Below are positions 31,206 through 41,621 of a DNA stretch of 64,000 nucleotides, in pieces (position 1 is the stretch's first letter; each line of letters starts with the position of its first letter). Made by a program: the position numbers and the translations under genes. The notes under the pieces are model-generated. The model saw nothing but the letters and a program-made list of their open reading frames with translations. It did not search any database and had not been told where the DNA came from. The stretch lies in assembly GCA_963809895.1 (NCBI GenBank), contig CAWELD010000003.1, positions 1,472,001 through 1,536,000 on the forward strand, in the 5' to 3' direction. The stretch comes from an uncultured Gemmatimonadales bacterium. Lineage in GTDB: Bacteria > Gemmatimonadota > Gemmatimonadetes > Longimicrobiales > Gaopeijiaceae.

Positions 31206-31535
31206 TCAGCTCTCCTTCTGCTCTCCCTGCTCACCGGCCTCGAAGAGGCTCGTCTGCGCCCGGTCCACGAAGATGCGTGCCCGCTCCTCGCGGTCTTCTT
31301 CGGCCAGGCGCGCCCTCAGGATGCGGCGCACCTTGAGGTCGGAGTGGATGCCCGCCGCCAGCATGATGAGCATGCCGACAATCATGGCTCCGAAGGCGAC
31401 CCCCATGAGCGGCACCCGGTAGAGGGTCACCACGCCCAGACGCAGGGTCACCCGCTGGCCGCCGTTGAGCGCGGCGAACGCCATGGACAGGAGCAGGACC
31501 AGCAGCACGCCCAGGGTGCCGGCGAGTCGACTCAC
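31206..31535 (-). CDS. LapA/DUF1049-like small membrane protein
   Basis: Two TM helices around FAALNGGQRVTLRLG, followed by a charged helical tail. Confidence 0.7.
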   Translation of the reverse strand: MSRLAGTLGVLLVLLLSMAFAALNGGQRVTLRLGVVTLYRVPLMGVAFGAMIVGMLIMLAAGIHSDLKVRRILRARLAEEDREERARIFVDRAQTSLFEAGEQGEQKES

Positions 31536-31580
31536 GGGGCTCCTCGCGTGAAGGTCATGGCCGTGGCGTTCATGGCGCGG

Positions 31581-32960
31581 CTACCGGGCCTGGAGCTCGG
31601 CCGGCTCGTGCGCCAGCCGGCCGCCGAAGGTGGCACCGGTGGTGGAGTCCAGCACGACGCGACGGTAGCTCCCGAACCAGTGGGGATCTCCGGGGAACGC
31701 CACCACCTTGTTGCGGCGCGTGCGACCCAGGACGTGGCCCGGGTCCCGCGCATCCTTCTCCACCAGGACCTCTTCGACGCGTCCCACCTCGCCGTGGTTG
31801 ATCTCCGACTGGATTCCCCGGGCCACCTCGATGAGCTCCTCGAGCCGGGCCTGCGCCACGGCGTCGTCCACGAACCACTCCCGGGGCATGCGTGTCGCGG
31901 GGGTCCCGTCGCGGGGCGAGTACTTGTAGGTGAAGGCGTCGTCGAAGCGCACCTGCCGCATGAGCTCCAGCGTATCGCGGAACTCGGCGTCGGTCTCGTC
32001 CGGGAAGCCCACGATGACGTCGGTGGACAGCGCGATGTCGGGAATGGCGGTGCGTACCATGTCCACCTTCTCCAGGAAGCTGTCCACGGTGTAGCGGCGG
32101 AGCATGCGCTTCAGGGTGCGGTCGTTGCCCGACTGCAGCGGCAGGTGGAGCTGCTCGCAGACCGCCGGCTCCCGGGCCATCACCTCCACCAGATCGGCGG
32201 TGACGTCGTTGGGATGCGGCGAGGTGAAGCGGACCCGCCGGATCCCGTCTACCCGGGCTACCGCCGACAGGAGTCGCGAGAAGGACCAGTCCCCGTACCG
32301 ATACGAGTTCACGGTCTGGCCCAGCAGGGTCACCTCGGTGACGCCCGACTCGGCGATTCCCCGGATCTCCGCCAGCAGCTCGTCGGGATCCCGGTTCTTC
32401 TCGGGCCCCCGCACGTAGGGCACGATGCAGAAGGTGCAGCGGTGGTCGCATCCCCGCTGGATCGGCACCCAGGCCGCCACCGACGACGAGCGCCGCTGCT
32501 CCAGGCCCTGGTAGTTCTCGCGCGGATCCAGTTCCAGGACCGTGAGCTGCGGACCACGCCGTCGGGATGCGGGTCGCCCGGACGTGTCGCTCCGGTCGCC
32601 GTCCAGCGCTTCCAGGGTGTCCGGGAGGCTCCGGTAACCGTCGGGTCCCATGACGAGATCCACGTAGGGTGCCTGCTCCAGCAGGGTCTCACCCATGCGC
32701 TGGGCCATGCAGCCCGTGACCCCGATGACCATCTCCGGCCGTTCCCGCTTCAACCCGTTGAGCTGCGCCACGCGGCCCAGCACGCGCTGCTCGGCGTGCT
32801 CGCGGATGGCGCAGGTGTTCACCAGCACCACGTCGGCCTCTTCGGGCGAAGTGGCGATGGCGTAGCCGCGAGCCTCGAGGATGCCTTCCATCAGCTCGCC
32901 GTCGCTGATGTTCATCTGGCAACCGTAGGTCTCGACGTAGGCGCGCTTCTTCCGGTTCAT
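31581..32960 (-). CDS. miaB: tRNA-i6A37 methylthiotransferase
   Basis: ETYGCQMN, NTCAIREHAEQR, GCDHRCTFCIVPYVRG, HLPLQSG and a C-terminal TRAM domain. Confidence 0.96.
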   Translation of the reverse strand: MNRKKRAYVETYGCQMNISDGELMEGILEARGYAIATSPEEADVVLVNTCAIREHAEQRVLGRVAQLNGLKRERPEMVIGVTGCMAQRMGETLLEQAPYVDLVMGPDGYRSLPDTLEALDGDRSDTSGRPASRRRGPQLTVLELDPRENYQGLEQRRSSSVAAWVPIQRGCDHRCTFCIVPYVRGPEKNRDPDELLAEIRGIAESGVTEVTLLGQTVNSYRYGDWSFSRLLSAVARVDGIRRVRFTSPHPNDVTADLVEVMAREPAVCEQLHLPLQSGNDRTLKRMLRRYTVDSFLEKVDMVRTAIPDIALSTDVIVGFPDETDAEFRDTLELMRQVRFDDAFTYKYSPRDGTPATRMPREWFVDDAVAQARLEELIEVARGIQSEINHGEVGRVEEVLVEKDARDPGHVLGRTRRNKVVAFPGDPHWFGSYRRVVLDSTTGATFGGRLAHEPAELQAR

Positions 32961-34285
32961 CAGGTCTGGGGCACGGAGGGGACGCGAGAATCGGACAGGT
33001 CAATATACAGACCGTCGGTGTCTCCCTGCAGCCGTCCCCGGACCAGGCCTTCCGGCAGAGGGGCGGCGGGGGCAGACACGCCCACGTGCAGGTAGTCCCC
33101 GGTCAGCGCCCGGTCGGCGCCCTCCAGGACCACGTCGGCCGCGCCGCCGAGGCGCCGACGTCGATACGCCGCGCCCTTGCCCTCCACAAGCTCGCGGAGG
33201 TCGCGGCTGCGCTCTCCGGCCACGCGCTGCGGCACGGGCATCTCGTGCTGCAACGCAGCGGCCACCGTGTCGTCGCGGGGCGAAAAGGGAAAGACGTGCA
33301 GGTAGGTGTAGGGCAGCTCCTCCACCAGCGATCGGGTGGCGGCGTGATCCTCGTCGGTCTCGCCGGGAAAGCCCGTGATGATGTCGGCCCCCAACCCCAG
33401 CACCGGCAGACGCGCGGCGATCTCCAGCGCCCGTCGCCGATACTGCTCCCGGGTGTGCCAACGGCGCATGCGGCGCAGGACGGGATCGGCGCCCGACTGC
33501 AGGGGCATGTGCAGGTGCGGGGCCAGCCGCCCACCCGAGGTGGCCAGCAGGTCCAGCAGATCGTCGTCGATCTCGGTGGCCTCGACGCTCCCCAGGCGCA
33601 GCCGGACTTCCGGAACGCCGTCGAGGAGCACGGCGACCAGGCGCGCCAGGGTGGTCCGGGGCTCCAGGTCCCGCCCGTAGTGGCCGATGTGGACTCCGGT
33701 GAGCACGAGCTCCGGGTGGCGGCGAGCCAGCAGCCGCGCCTCGGCCAGCACCTCGTCGGGCTCCCGCGAGCGACTGGCGCCCCGGGCCAGGCGCGTGGCG
33801 CAGAACGCGCACTGGCGATCGCACCCGTCCTGGATCTTGAGCCAGCCACGGGTGGCCCCGTCACGCCGGCGCAGGAGCTCGCCCCCCACCGGCTCCGTAT
33901 CCAGGAGATCCAGCTCCCGATGCACCTCGAGCTGGACGAGCCGGTCGCCGGCACGGCCCGCGGTGGCGCCCGCCACCGCGACGGGGTCGTGCCCGGGTAC
34001 CACCGCCGTCACACCGGGCATGCCCCGGTAGGCGTCGGCGTGCAGCGCCGCCGAGCAGCCGGCCACCACCACCTGCAGATCCGGATCCTCGCGGTGCAGG
34101 CGACGGATGAAGCGGCGGGCCTGGGCGTCGGCCTGGTTGGTCACCGTGCACGTGTTCACCACGCACACGTCGACCGGGTCGCCCTCGTCCGCGGTCCGTG
34201 CGCCCCGCGCTTCCAGCTCCTGGCGCATGCGCTCGGTGTCGTACTGGTTGGCCTTGCAGCCGAAGGTGTGGTAGCGGACCCTCAC
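32960..34285 (-). CDS. mtaB: MtaB-like tRNA methylthiotransferase
   Basis: TFGCKANQYD, NTCTVT, LKIQDGCDRQCAFC, VLTGVHIG and LHVFPFSPR motifs. Confidence 0.88.
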   Translation of the reverse strand: MRVRYHTFGCKANQYDTERMRQELEARGARTADEGDPVDVCVVNTCTVTNQADAQARRFIRRLHREDPDLQVVVAGCSAALHADAYRGMPGVTAVVPGHDPVAVAGATAGRAGDRLVQLEVHRELDLLDTEPVGGELLRRRDGATRGWLKIQDGCDRQCAFCATRLARGASRSREPDEVLAEARLLARRHPELVLTGVHIGHYGRDLEPRTTLARLVAVLLDGVPEVRLRLGSVEATEIDDDLLDLLATSGGRLAPHLHMPLQSGADPVLRRMRRWHTREQYRRRALEIAARLPVLGLGADIITGFPGETDEDHAATRSLVEELPYTYLHVFPFSPRDDTVAAALQHEMPVPQRVAGERSRDLRELVEGKGAAYRRRRLGGAADVVLEGADRALTGDYLHVGVSAPAAPLPEGLVRGRLQGDTDGLYIDLSDSRVPSVPQT

Positions 34286-34286
34286 C

Positions 34287-35477
34287 TCAGAACCCCGAGA
34301 CGCGCAGCGACGTGACCAGACGCCAGAAGCGCTCCTCCAGCGCGCCGGCGTCGCGGCGTCCCCGCTCCAGCGTCATGTCCAGGCGGGCGAGGGTGGCCGG
34401 ACCGCTCACGAGCAGATTCATGCCGATGCCGCCGGTGAAGGCGGACTCGGTGGGGTTCGGAGAGCTCTCGGTGCCGAAGGGCAGGTCGGTGTGACGGTAG
34501 CCCAGCCGTATCGCTCCGGGCTTGCCCAGGATGTTGGCCTGGGACCACTCGAGTCCCGCGCCCAGGCCGAGGACGGACTGCCCCGTCGCCTGCTCGAGCG
34601 CGTCGCCGGTGGCGGACCAGTCGGCACGGTGCAGCCCCGCGCTCAGCGACAGGCCCGGCGCCAGCACCGCCGCGGCCCCCACCCGGACGTCGGAGGGCAT
34701 GGAGTAACGGGCGCCCCCCGCATCGGTGTCCTGGCTGGGATCCGCCTTCAGATCGGCGGACCAGGTCCACGATCCCGCGACGTGCAGGAAGTTGGACACC
34801 TCGGCCGAGGCGCCGAGCGTCGCCGTGAGCCCGCCGTAGGTCCACTCGCCGCCGATCTGATAGGTGGGGATGTTCGTCTCCACCTCGAGCGAGTCGAAGG
34901 TCCTGGTGAAGCTCCGGGTCACCTTGCCCAGATACCGTCCCACGGTCACGCCCACGGCGAAGGAGGGCGAAAGCCTGCGGGCCAGCCCCACGTGGACGGC
35001 CGACACGCCCCCGTCCGACACGAAGGTGTCGGTCACCTTCGCCTCGGTACCGGTGCCTTCGAGGATCAGCGTCTGCGGTCGCTGCACGCGCCAACGCTGA
35101 TCCAGCACGCTGCCGATGTCCATGAAGACCGTCCCCAGGTCCGAAATCGGATACGAGGCCGCCACGGAGGGGAAGCGCGTTCCGTTGAAGGAGTCGGAGA
35201 CGTCGTTCTCGGTGGCGTCCACCCATCCAGTCTGGGTGGTGAAGGAGAGCGAGGGGATGGTCAGATCGGCCGCTCCCGCAGGGTCGGTGGCCAGCAGGTG
35301 ACCTCCGGCGAGTCCGACGCCGATGCCGCCGAGACCCCACGAGCGGGCGTCCAGCGGCGGCAGCGGGAGCCCCAGGCCGGTGGAGCTCAACAGCGACTGC
35401 GCCGCCACCGGCGACGAAGCCCCGGCCGCGCCCATCACGGTCAGGGCCAGGACGGAGAGGATGGCGCGGCGGCTCAT
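34287..35477 (-). CDS. Outer-membrane beta-barrel protein (FadL/PorV-like)
   Basis: Signal peptide ending VAAQ, S..GLG and ARSWGLGG...DPA N-terminal pattern, amphipathic strands and terminal Phe. Confidence 0.6.
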   Translation of the reverse strand: MSRRAILSVLALTVMGAAGASSPVAAQSLLSSTGLGLPLPPLDARSWGLGGIGVGLAGGHLLATDPAGAADLTIPSLSFTTQTGWVDATENDVSDSFNGTRFPSVAASYPISDLGTVFMDIGSVLDQRWRVQRPQTLILEGTGTEAKVTDTFVSDGGVSAVHVGLARRLSPSFAVGVTVGRYLGKVTRSFTRTFDSLEVETNIPTYQIGGEWTYGGLTATLGASAEVSNFLHVAGSWTWSADLKADPSQDTDAGGARYSMPSDVRVGAAAVLAPGLSLSAGLHRADWSATGDALEQATGQSVLGLGAGLEWSQANILGKPGAIRLGYRHTDLPFGTESSPNPTESAFTGGIGMNLLVSGPATLARLDMTLERGRRDAGALEERFWRLVTSLRVSGF

Positions 35478-36784
35478 GGGACCTCCACCGTGTCGGCGGC
35501 CGTGAGAATCAGGCGCAGGACGGGAGCGTCGGGATCGTCGGGGCCCTGGAATGCCCCGAAGGCCAGCGACAGCGGCTCCAGGAGCGAAAGGAGGGCGATC
35601 TCCGAGGGCGGGCGGGTCACCGAATCGGGCAGCACCAGCCCCCGGACCAGCCCCGTGAGCGGGATGGCCACCTTCTGGCCGGCCTCGTCACCGAAGGCCG
35701 ACGGCGGCACCCCCTGGCCCAGCGTGCCGATGAACGACGATCCCAGGGGTGACTTGGGCAGCCTGTCCGCCGACAACACCGAGCGCACGTCCAGCCGGAT
35801 CGTGTCGGTGGGCTGGAAGGCCGCAGGCTCCACCGCCCGGGTGTGCAGGATCAGCGAGGCCAGGTTCACCCGCGACGGCTCCAGGGTAAAGGGACATCCC
35901 ACGGCCTCGCACAGCGATGCGGGACCGTTCAGGACCCGGGGGATGGCCAGGGTGATGACGGTGCGCCACGAGGGCGTGCCTCCGATGCGGATCCCGTCGG
36001 GCGGCGGAGGCGGCACCGGGTCGTAGATGAAGGTGAGATCGTTCCCCGTAGACGTCAGCGTCACCACCGAGTCCGGGTTCACGTGGGGATGCGTGTCCAG
36101 CCGGAACCGCACCGAGGCCACGTCGACGCGATGGCCCGTGGTCTGGAGCTCCAGCCGTGCACCCCGGGCGGCGTTCAGGGTGTCACCCCAGAGCGCCACC
36201 GTGGCCGAGTCCACGTCGAAGACCACGGAGTCGCTCTCGGCGGGATCCCAGGTGGCGGTGGCCACCGGGGTCACCGGTCCGGCTCCGGGCTCGGGCCAGG
36301 CGCGCTGGTCTCCCACCGTGTCCACGGCCAGGGTCCAGGTCGCCGTCGGGGCGTGCCAGGTGCCCCCGTCCAACGCCGTGAGGGCCAGCGTCACCGGCTC
36401 GTCGCCGTTGGTGCTGGTCAGGGTGTCGAAGCGAGCCACGACACGGCCCTGGTAGTAGACGAAGTTGGAGTCCGACACCAACGTGCCCGTGGAGTCCGCC
36501 ACGGAAGCGCGGAAGGGATAGCGCCCGAACTGCACCAGGGTGCGGGCGTCGAGCGTGCCCTCGAAGTCGTTGGCCACGACCCCCTGCCCCAACTGGGACG
36601 CGGTGCCGTAGCCACCGTACACGGTGAGCCCCTCGGCGAAGTCCGCCCAGGGGAGCACCACCTCCACCGTCTTGGGGTCCACCGGTAGCCCATCGCCGTC
36701 CAGGGCGGTGGGCATGCTCTCCTGACAGGCGAGGATCCCCCACGCCGCCGCCGCCATGGCGGCCATGACCCAGCGTCGCTTCAC
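35474..36784 (-). CDS. Hypothetical beta-rich lipoprotein
   Basis: Lipobox ILAC; coupled to its neighbours by GTGA/ATGA overlaps; host-like codon usage. Confidence 0.7.
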   Translation of the reverse strand: MKRRWVMAAMAAAAWGILACQESMPTALDGDGLPVDPKTVEVVLPWADFAEGLTVYGGYGTASQLGQGVVANDFEGTLDARTLVQFGRYPFRASVADSTGTLVSDSNFVYYQGRVVARFDTLTSTNGDEPVTLALTALDGGTWHAPTATWTLAVDTVGDQRAWPEPGAGPVTPVATATWDPAESDSVVFDVDSATVALWGDTLNAARGARLELQTTGHRVDVASVRFRLDTHPHVNPDSVVTLTSTGNDLTFIYDPVPPPPPDGIRIGGTPSWRTVITLAIPRVLNGPASLCEAVGCPFTLEPSRVNLASLILHTRAVEPAAFQPTDTIRLDVRSVLSADRLPKSPLGSSFIGTLGQGVPPSAFGDEAGQKVAIPLTGLVRGLVLPDSVTRPPSEIALLSLLEPLSLAFGAFQGPDDPDAPVLRLILTAADTVEVP

Positions 36785-37218
36785 GTACGCTCCTCTTCGT
36801 CGTCCGCGGGGCCCACTCCGGCCCGGCGAAGATCCTCAAGCGCGAAACGGGCGGGGAGAAGCTCGTCCAGCGTCCAGCTTCGGACGGCGCTCCCCGCCTC
36901 GGATACGATCATCAATTCTGGCGCGAACTCGGCCAGCACCTGCCGGCACGCCCCACAGGGCGAGACCGGCTCCGGTCCCAGCGTGCTCAGCGCCAGCCGG
37001 CGGAATCGCCGCCGGCCCGCCGCCACGGCCGCCATCACCGCGCCCCGTTCGGCGCAGATGGTCAGACCGTACGACGCGTTCTCCACGTTGCAGCCCACAT
37101 GCACGGATCCGTCGACCGCCTCCAGGGCGGCGCCCACCGGGTAGCGGGAATAGGGCACGTAGGCCCGCTCCCGCGCGGCCCGCGCCCGCTCCAGCAGGCC
37201 GTCCGTGTCAGACGTCAT
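36781..37218 (-). CDS. cdd: Cytidine deaminase (homotetrameric type)
   Basis: AYVPYSRYPVGAA, NVENASYGLTICAER and PCGACRQ motifs. Confidence 0.96.
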   Translation of the reverse strand: MTSDTDGLLERARAARERAYVPYSRYPVGAALEAVDGSVHVGCNVENASYGLTICAERGAVMAAVAAGRRRFRRLALSTLGPEPVSPCGACRQVLAEFAPELMIVSEAGSAVRSWTLDELLPARFALEDLRRAGVGPADDEEERT

Positions 37219-38344
37219 CGTCCATCCATATCCTGGGAAGCCGAGGCCCGAGCCCCGTGAGCACCTCGTAGGAGATCGTCCCCGCCAGCTCCGCCACCTC
37301 GTCCACGGGGATCTCCGCGGGGCCGTCGCGGCCCACCAGCGTGGCGACGTCGCCCGGCTCTACACCGGCCAGCCCCGAAATGTTTGCCACCACCAGATCC
37401 ATGGACACCCGCCCCACCAGGGGAACCCTGCTGCCCTTCACCAGCGCCTGCCCACGGTTGCCCAGGGCCCGGGGGACGCCGTCGGCGTAGCCGATGGCGA
37501 GCGTGGCCCAGCGCTCCGGCGTCCCGGCACTGTAGGTGGCGCCGTAGCCTGCCGTGGTGCCGGCGGGTACGTCCCTGACCAGAACGATCCGCGCCCGCAC
37601 GCTCACCACGGGCTCGGGCGCCGGAAGGTCCTCGCCCACGCGTCCTCCGTAGAGGAAGATTCCCGGGCGCACGCCGCCCACCCCGCCGGTACGTCCGAGC
37701 CTCAGCGCCGCCGCCGAGTTGGCCACGTGGACGAGACAACCGGTCGGCGGATCCAGCCTCTCCAGCACGCCCCGAAACGCCGCGAGCTGCTCGTCGACAC
37801 CCGGCCCGCCCGACTCGTCGGCGGAGTGGAAGTGCGTGAAGCAGCCCTCCAGGCGGACCCGGCCCGCGGCGTGGGCCTCACGCACGGGTCCGGCCCAGCG
37901 TGCGACCTCCGCGGCCGGAAATCCCGCCCGGCCCATGCCCGTGTCCACCTCGACGTGGAACGGTGCGGGGCGGCCCTGTCGCCGTGCGGCCGCCTCGAGA
38001 GCCCGCAGTCCGTCCAGGCTCGACAGGCACACGGTGAGCTCCGCCTCCAGCGCCTCGCCGTAGTCGTCGTGCGCGAGCGGGCTGAAGACGATGATGCGCC
38101 GCCGCACCCCGTGCTCACGAAGCGCCCGCCCCTCGCTCACGGCAGCCACGCCCCAGGCCCAGGGCTCCTCCGGCTCCAGGACGTCGACCGTGCGGAGGGC
38201 ACCGATCCCGTAGGCATCGGCCTTCACCATGGGGATCATCGGCACGTCGGAGCCCACGGCCTCACGGATCCGCCGGAGGTTCCGGCGGAGAGAGGCGGCC
38301 TGCACCTCGATCCAGGCCCGGGCGGTCCGGCGATCCGTTGACAT
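37208..38344 (-). CDS. alr: Alanine racemase
   Basis: VKADAYG, VDTGMGRAG, HVANSAA, IGYADG and GRVSMD motifs; ATG at 38344. Confidence 0.95.
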   Translation of the reverse strand: MSTDRRTARAWIEVQAASLRRNLRRIREAVGSDVPMIPMVKADAYGIGALRTVDVLEPEEPWAWGVAAVSEGRALREHGVRRRIIVFSPLAHDDYGEALEAELTVCLSSLDGLRALEAAARRQGRPAPFHVEVDTGMGRAGFPAAEVARWAGPVREAHAAGRVRLEGCFTHFHSADESGGPGVDEQLAAFRGVLERLDPPTGCLVHVANSAAALRLGRTGGVGGVRPGIFLYGGRVGEDLPAPEPVVSVRARIVLVRDVPAGTTAGYGATYSAGTPERWATLAIGYADGVPRALGNRGQALVKGSRVPLVGRVSMDLVVANISGLAGVEPGDVATLVGRDGPAEIPVDEVAELAGTISYEVLTGLGPRLPRIWMDDDV

Positions 38345-38417
38345 GGTGGTCGAAAGATGCGAGAGATGCCGGGCCGAGCAAGGCCCCGCGATACGCCATC
38401 CCCCGACCCCTGCGTCC

Positions 38418-39239
38418 ATGCCCCACGACCAGCCCGACTCCGCCGGCCCGGGACCCGCGCCTGGCGCGGACCACGCCGAGACCGCGCCGGGCGAGCTCGA
38501 CCGGGCGCTGGCGCTGGTACGCTTTCTCCGTGCCAACTGCCCCTGGGACGCGGCCCAGACCGCGCGCACGTTGGTGCCCCATCTCCTGGAGGAGACCCAC
38601 GAGGTCGTGGACGCCATTCACGGCGGCGACGCAGACGCGCTGGAAGGGGAGCTCGGCGACCTCCTCTTGAACCTCGCTTTCCAGGTGGTGGTGGCCGAGG
38701 AGACCGGCTCGCTCAGCGCCGACTCGGTGACGCGCCGTCTGGAGGCCAAGATGCGCCGGCGCCACCCCCACCTGTACGGCCTCGGCGACAAGGCCGACTG
38801 GGAGACCCTCAAGGCACGGGAGCGAGACGAAGACGAAGGCGTGCTCGACGGGCTGGCGCCGGGCGTGGACCCTCTCACCAGGGCCCACCGCATGCAGGAG
38901 CGCGTGGCGGGCGTCGGGTTCGACTGGGACGACTACCGGGGCGCGTGGGACAAGGTCGCCGAGGAGATGGAAGAGGTGCGGGAGGCGCTGGAGGGCGGCG
39001 ACGGCGACGCGCTGGAGGAGGAGCTGGGCGACCTGCTCTTCGCGGTCGTGAACCTGGTGCGGCTGGCCGGCAAGCACCCGGTGTCGGCGCTGGACCGGGC
39101 GAACCGCAAGTTCCACCGGCGCTTCGGGCGCCTCGAGGTGCTGGCCCGCGAGCGGGGCGTGCGCCTGGGCGAGGCGTCGCTGGACGAGCTGGACACGCTC
39201 TGGGAGGACCTGAAGGCCGAGGAGCGCGGGGCGGGCTGA
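38418..39239 (+). CDS. mazG: Nucleoside triphosphate pyrophosphohydrolase
   Basis: CPWDAAQT, EETHEV, ELGDLL (twice), RRHPH and GFDW motifs. Confidence 0.94.
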   Translation: MPHDQPDSAGPGPAPGADHAETAPGELDRALALVRFLRANCPWDAAQTARTLVPHLLEETHEVVDAIHGGDADALEGELGDLLLNLAFQVVVAEETGSLSADSVTRRLEAKMRRRHPHLYGLGDKADWETLKARERDEDEGVLDGLAPGVDPLTRAHRMQERVAGVGFDWDDYRGAWDKVAEEMEEVREALEGGDGDALEEELGDLLFAVVNLVRLAGKHPVSALDRANRKFHRRFGRLEVLARERGVRLGEASLDELDTLWEDLKAEERGAG

Positions 39240-39266
39240 GCCGCGGGACCCGCCGGAGGGAGCGCG

Positions 39267-40301
39267 TCAGTACCCCGCGCGCTTGTCCACCACGTTGCGC
39301 ATGTCGTCGGGGCGATCCTCGAGGACACAGCGCAGGTTGTGCAGGATCAGGTCCGCCTCGCGGCGCCAGAACCGGTCCGTGACCGGCGACACGTGAGGGG
39401 TGATCAGCACGCGGTCCATGCGCCAGAGGGGGTGCTCCGGCGGCAGCGGCTCCCGGGCGAACACGTCCAGTCCCGCGCCCCGGAGCTTCCCGGACCGGAG
39501 GGCGTCCAGCAGGGCGTCTTCGTCCACGATACGGCCGCGGGCCACGTTCACCAGCACCGCACCGGGTTTGAGGCGCTGGAAGGCCTCGGCGTCCAGCAGG
39601 CCCCGCGTCGCCGGCGTGTCGGGCAGGCTCACCACCAGGGCGTCGCTCTCCTCGAGGACCCGGTGGAAGCCGGCGTCGCCCACCACCACCTCCACGCCTT
39701 CGGGCCCACCCTGATCGCGGTGGCGCCGCAGCCCGAGCACCCGGGCACCCAGGGCGCGGGCCCGCCGGGCCACTTCCTCGCCGATGCCCCCGAGGCCCAG
39801 GATGCCCACGGTGCTGGCCGACAGCTCGCGCAACGGCGCGTCGGCGCCATAGAAGGGGTCGGTGTCCCACGCCGCCCGGCCCTGGTTGCGCACGGCGAAG
39901 TCGTAGCCGCGGAAGAAGTGGAGGATCATGGCCAGCACGGCCTCGGCCATGGGCGGGCCGTGGATCCCGGCCGAGTTCGTGAAGAGCAGGTCGCGGGCCA
40001 GCATGGTGGGGCTCAGGGAGCTGCCCACGCCCGCCGAGCCCGTGTGCACCCAGACGAGGTCGGGCGCGGCCTCCAGAACGGCCTCGGCGATGCCGAAGCC
40101 CATGTAGATGCGGGCGTCGCGCACCGCCTCCAGCACCTCGGGATGGGCCGCGGTGGATCCGTCGCCGGTGCCCTCCGAGGGGGTGCGCATGACCGCCAGC
40201 GTCCAGTCCCCGGGGAGCGCGGCCCGCACTTCCCGGGCGAACCAGTCCGGCTGCGCCCACACCGAGCGCTGATCGTTGAGGTCGATGACGACGTGGGCCA
40301 C
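39267..40301 (-). CDS. D-isomer-specific 2-hydroxyacid dehydrogenase
   Basis: GLGGIG Rossmann motif, NVARG, LDVFAREPLP and TPHVS. Confidence 0.92.
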   Translation of the reverse strand: MAHVVIDLNDQRSVWAQPDWFAREVRAALPGDWTLAVMRTPSEGTGDGSTAAHPEVLEAVRDARIYMGFGIAEAVLEAAPDLVWVHTGSAGVGSSLSPTMLARDLLFTNSAGIHGPPMAEAVLAMILHFFRGYDFAVRNQGRAAWDTDPFYGADAPLRELSASTVGILGLGGIGEEVARRARALGARVLGLRRHRDQGGPEGVEVVVGDAGFHRVLEESDALVVSLPDTPATRGLLDAEAFQRLKPGAVLVNVARGRIVDEDALLDALRSGKLRGAGLDVFAREPLPPEHPLWRMDRVLITPHVSPVTDRFWRREADLILHNLRCVLEDRPDDMRNVVDKRAGY

Positions 40302-40325
40302 GGCTCCGCCTCGCTCGGCCGGGGA

Positions 40326-41621
40326 CTACGGATTCAGGCGGTTCATCAGCCGCGGGAACGGGATCAACTCCCGGATGTGGCGGCGACCGGTGATCCAGGC
40401 CACGGTGCGCTCGATGCCGAGCCCGAAGCCGGAGTGCGTGAAGGAGCCGTAGCGGCGCAGGTCCAGGTACCAGCCGTAGGCCTCCTGGGGAAGCCCCTCC
40501 TCGGCGATGCGCGCCTCGAGGCGCTCCAGGTCGTCTTCGCGCTGGCTGCCCCCGATGATCTCGCCGTAGCCCTCCGGCGCCAGCAGATCGTCGCACAGGA
40601 CGGTGCGCGGGTCGTCGGGGTTCTCCTTCATGTAGAAGGCCTTGGCGGCCTTCGGATAGTCGTGGACGAAGAGCGGCAGCTCGAAGTCCTCGGTGAGGGA
40701 CACCTCGTCGGGCGCGCCCAGGTCGCTGCCCCACTCGATGTCGCTGCCCTTCGCCTGCAGCCGCTCCACCGCCTCGGTGTAGCTGATGCGCGGGAACGGA
40801 GGCCGCACCCCCTCGAGCTTCGAGGTGTCCCGCTCCAGCGTCTCCAGCTCCTCGGCGCAGCGCTCCAGCGCCCGCTCCACCAGGTAGGAGACGTACTCCT
40901 CCTGCAGACGCATGTTGTCGTCGGAGTCGGCGAAGGCCACCTCGGGCTCCACCATCCAGAACTCGGTGAGATGGCGCCGGGTCTTGGACTTCTCGGCCCG
41001 GAAGGTCGGGCCGAAACAGTAGACCCGGTTGAAGGCCGGGCAGGCCGCCTCGACGTAGAGCTGGCCCGTCTGCGCCAGGAAGGCGCGCTCGCCGAAGTAC
41101 TCGGTCTCGAAGAGCGTACCCGCATGCTCGCCGATGGCACCGGTGAGGATGGGCGTGTCGATGCGGGTGAAGCCCCGGTCGTAGAAGAAGTCGTGGGTGG
41201 CCTGCTCGACCTCGGCCCGCACCCTGAGCCCCGCCCGCTGCTGCGAGGAGCGCAGCCAGAGGTGGCGGTGGTCCAGCAGGAACTCGACCCCGTGCTCCTT
41301 GGGCTGGATGGGATAGTCCTCGGAGGGCGCCAGCAACTCCACCGCCGTCACGCCCAGCTCGTAGCCACCGGGCGCCCGGGACTCTTCTCGGACCTCGCCG
41401 GTGAGGGCCACGGTGCACTCCTGGGTCAGGAGGCCGTGGCGCTCCCACATGGCGGGCTCCATCTGCTTCTGCAGGAAGACGCCCTGGACCAGTCCCGTGC
41501 CGTCGCGCACCACGGCGAAGGCCACCTTGCCGTGGGCCCGGGTGGTCTCCACCCAGCCCCGCACCGTGACCTCCCGGCCCACGTGCTCGGCCAGCTCTCC
41601 GATCTCGACGAAGTCCGTCAT
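40326..41621 (-). CDS. asnS: Asparagine--tRNA ligase
   Basis: OB fold (VRGWV...RDGTG), LAQTGQLY, FRAEKSKTRRHLTEFWMVEPE, KAFYMK and HSGFGLGIER. Confidence 0.95.
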   Translation of the reverse strand: MTDFVEIGELAEHVGREVTVRGWVETTRAHGKVAFAVVRDGTGLVQGVFLQKQMEPAMWERHGLLTQECTVALTGEVREESRAPGGYELGVTAVELLAPSEDYPIQPKEHGVEFLLDHRHLWLRSSQQRAGLRVRAEVEQATHDFFYDRGFTRIDTPILTGAIGEHAGTLFETEYFGERAFLAQTGQLYVEAACPAFNRVYCFGPTFRAEKSKTRRHLTEFWMVEPEVAFADSDDNMRLQEEYVSYLVERALERCAEELETLERDTSKLEGVRPPFPRISYTEAVERLQAKGSDIEWGSDLGAPDEVSLTEDFELPLFVHDYPKAAKAFYMKENPDDPRTVLCDDLLAPEGYGEIIGGSQREDDLERLEARIAEEGLPQEAYGWYLDLRRYGSFTHSGFGLGIERTVAWITGRRHIRELIPFPRLMNRLNP

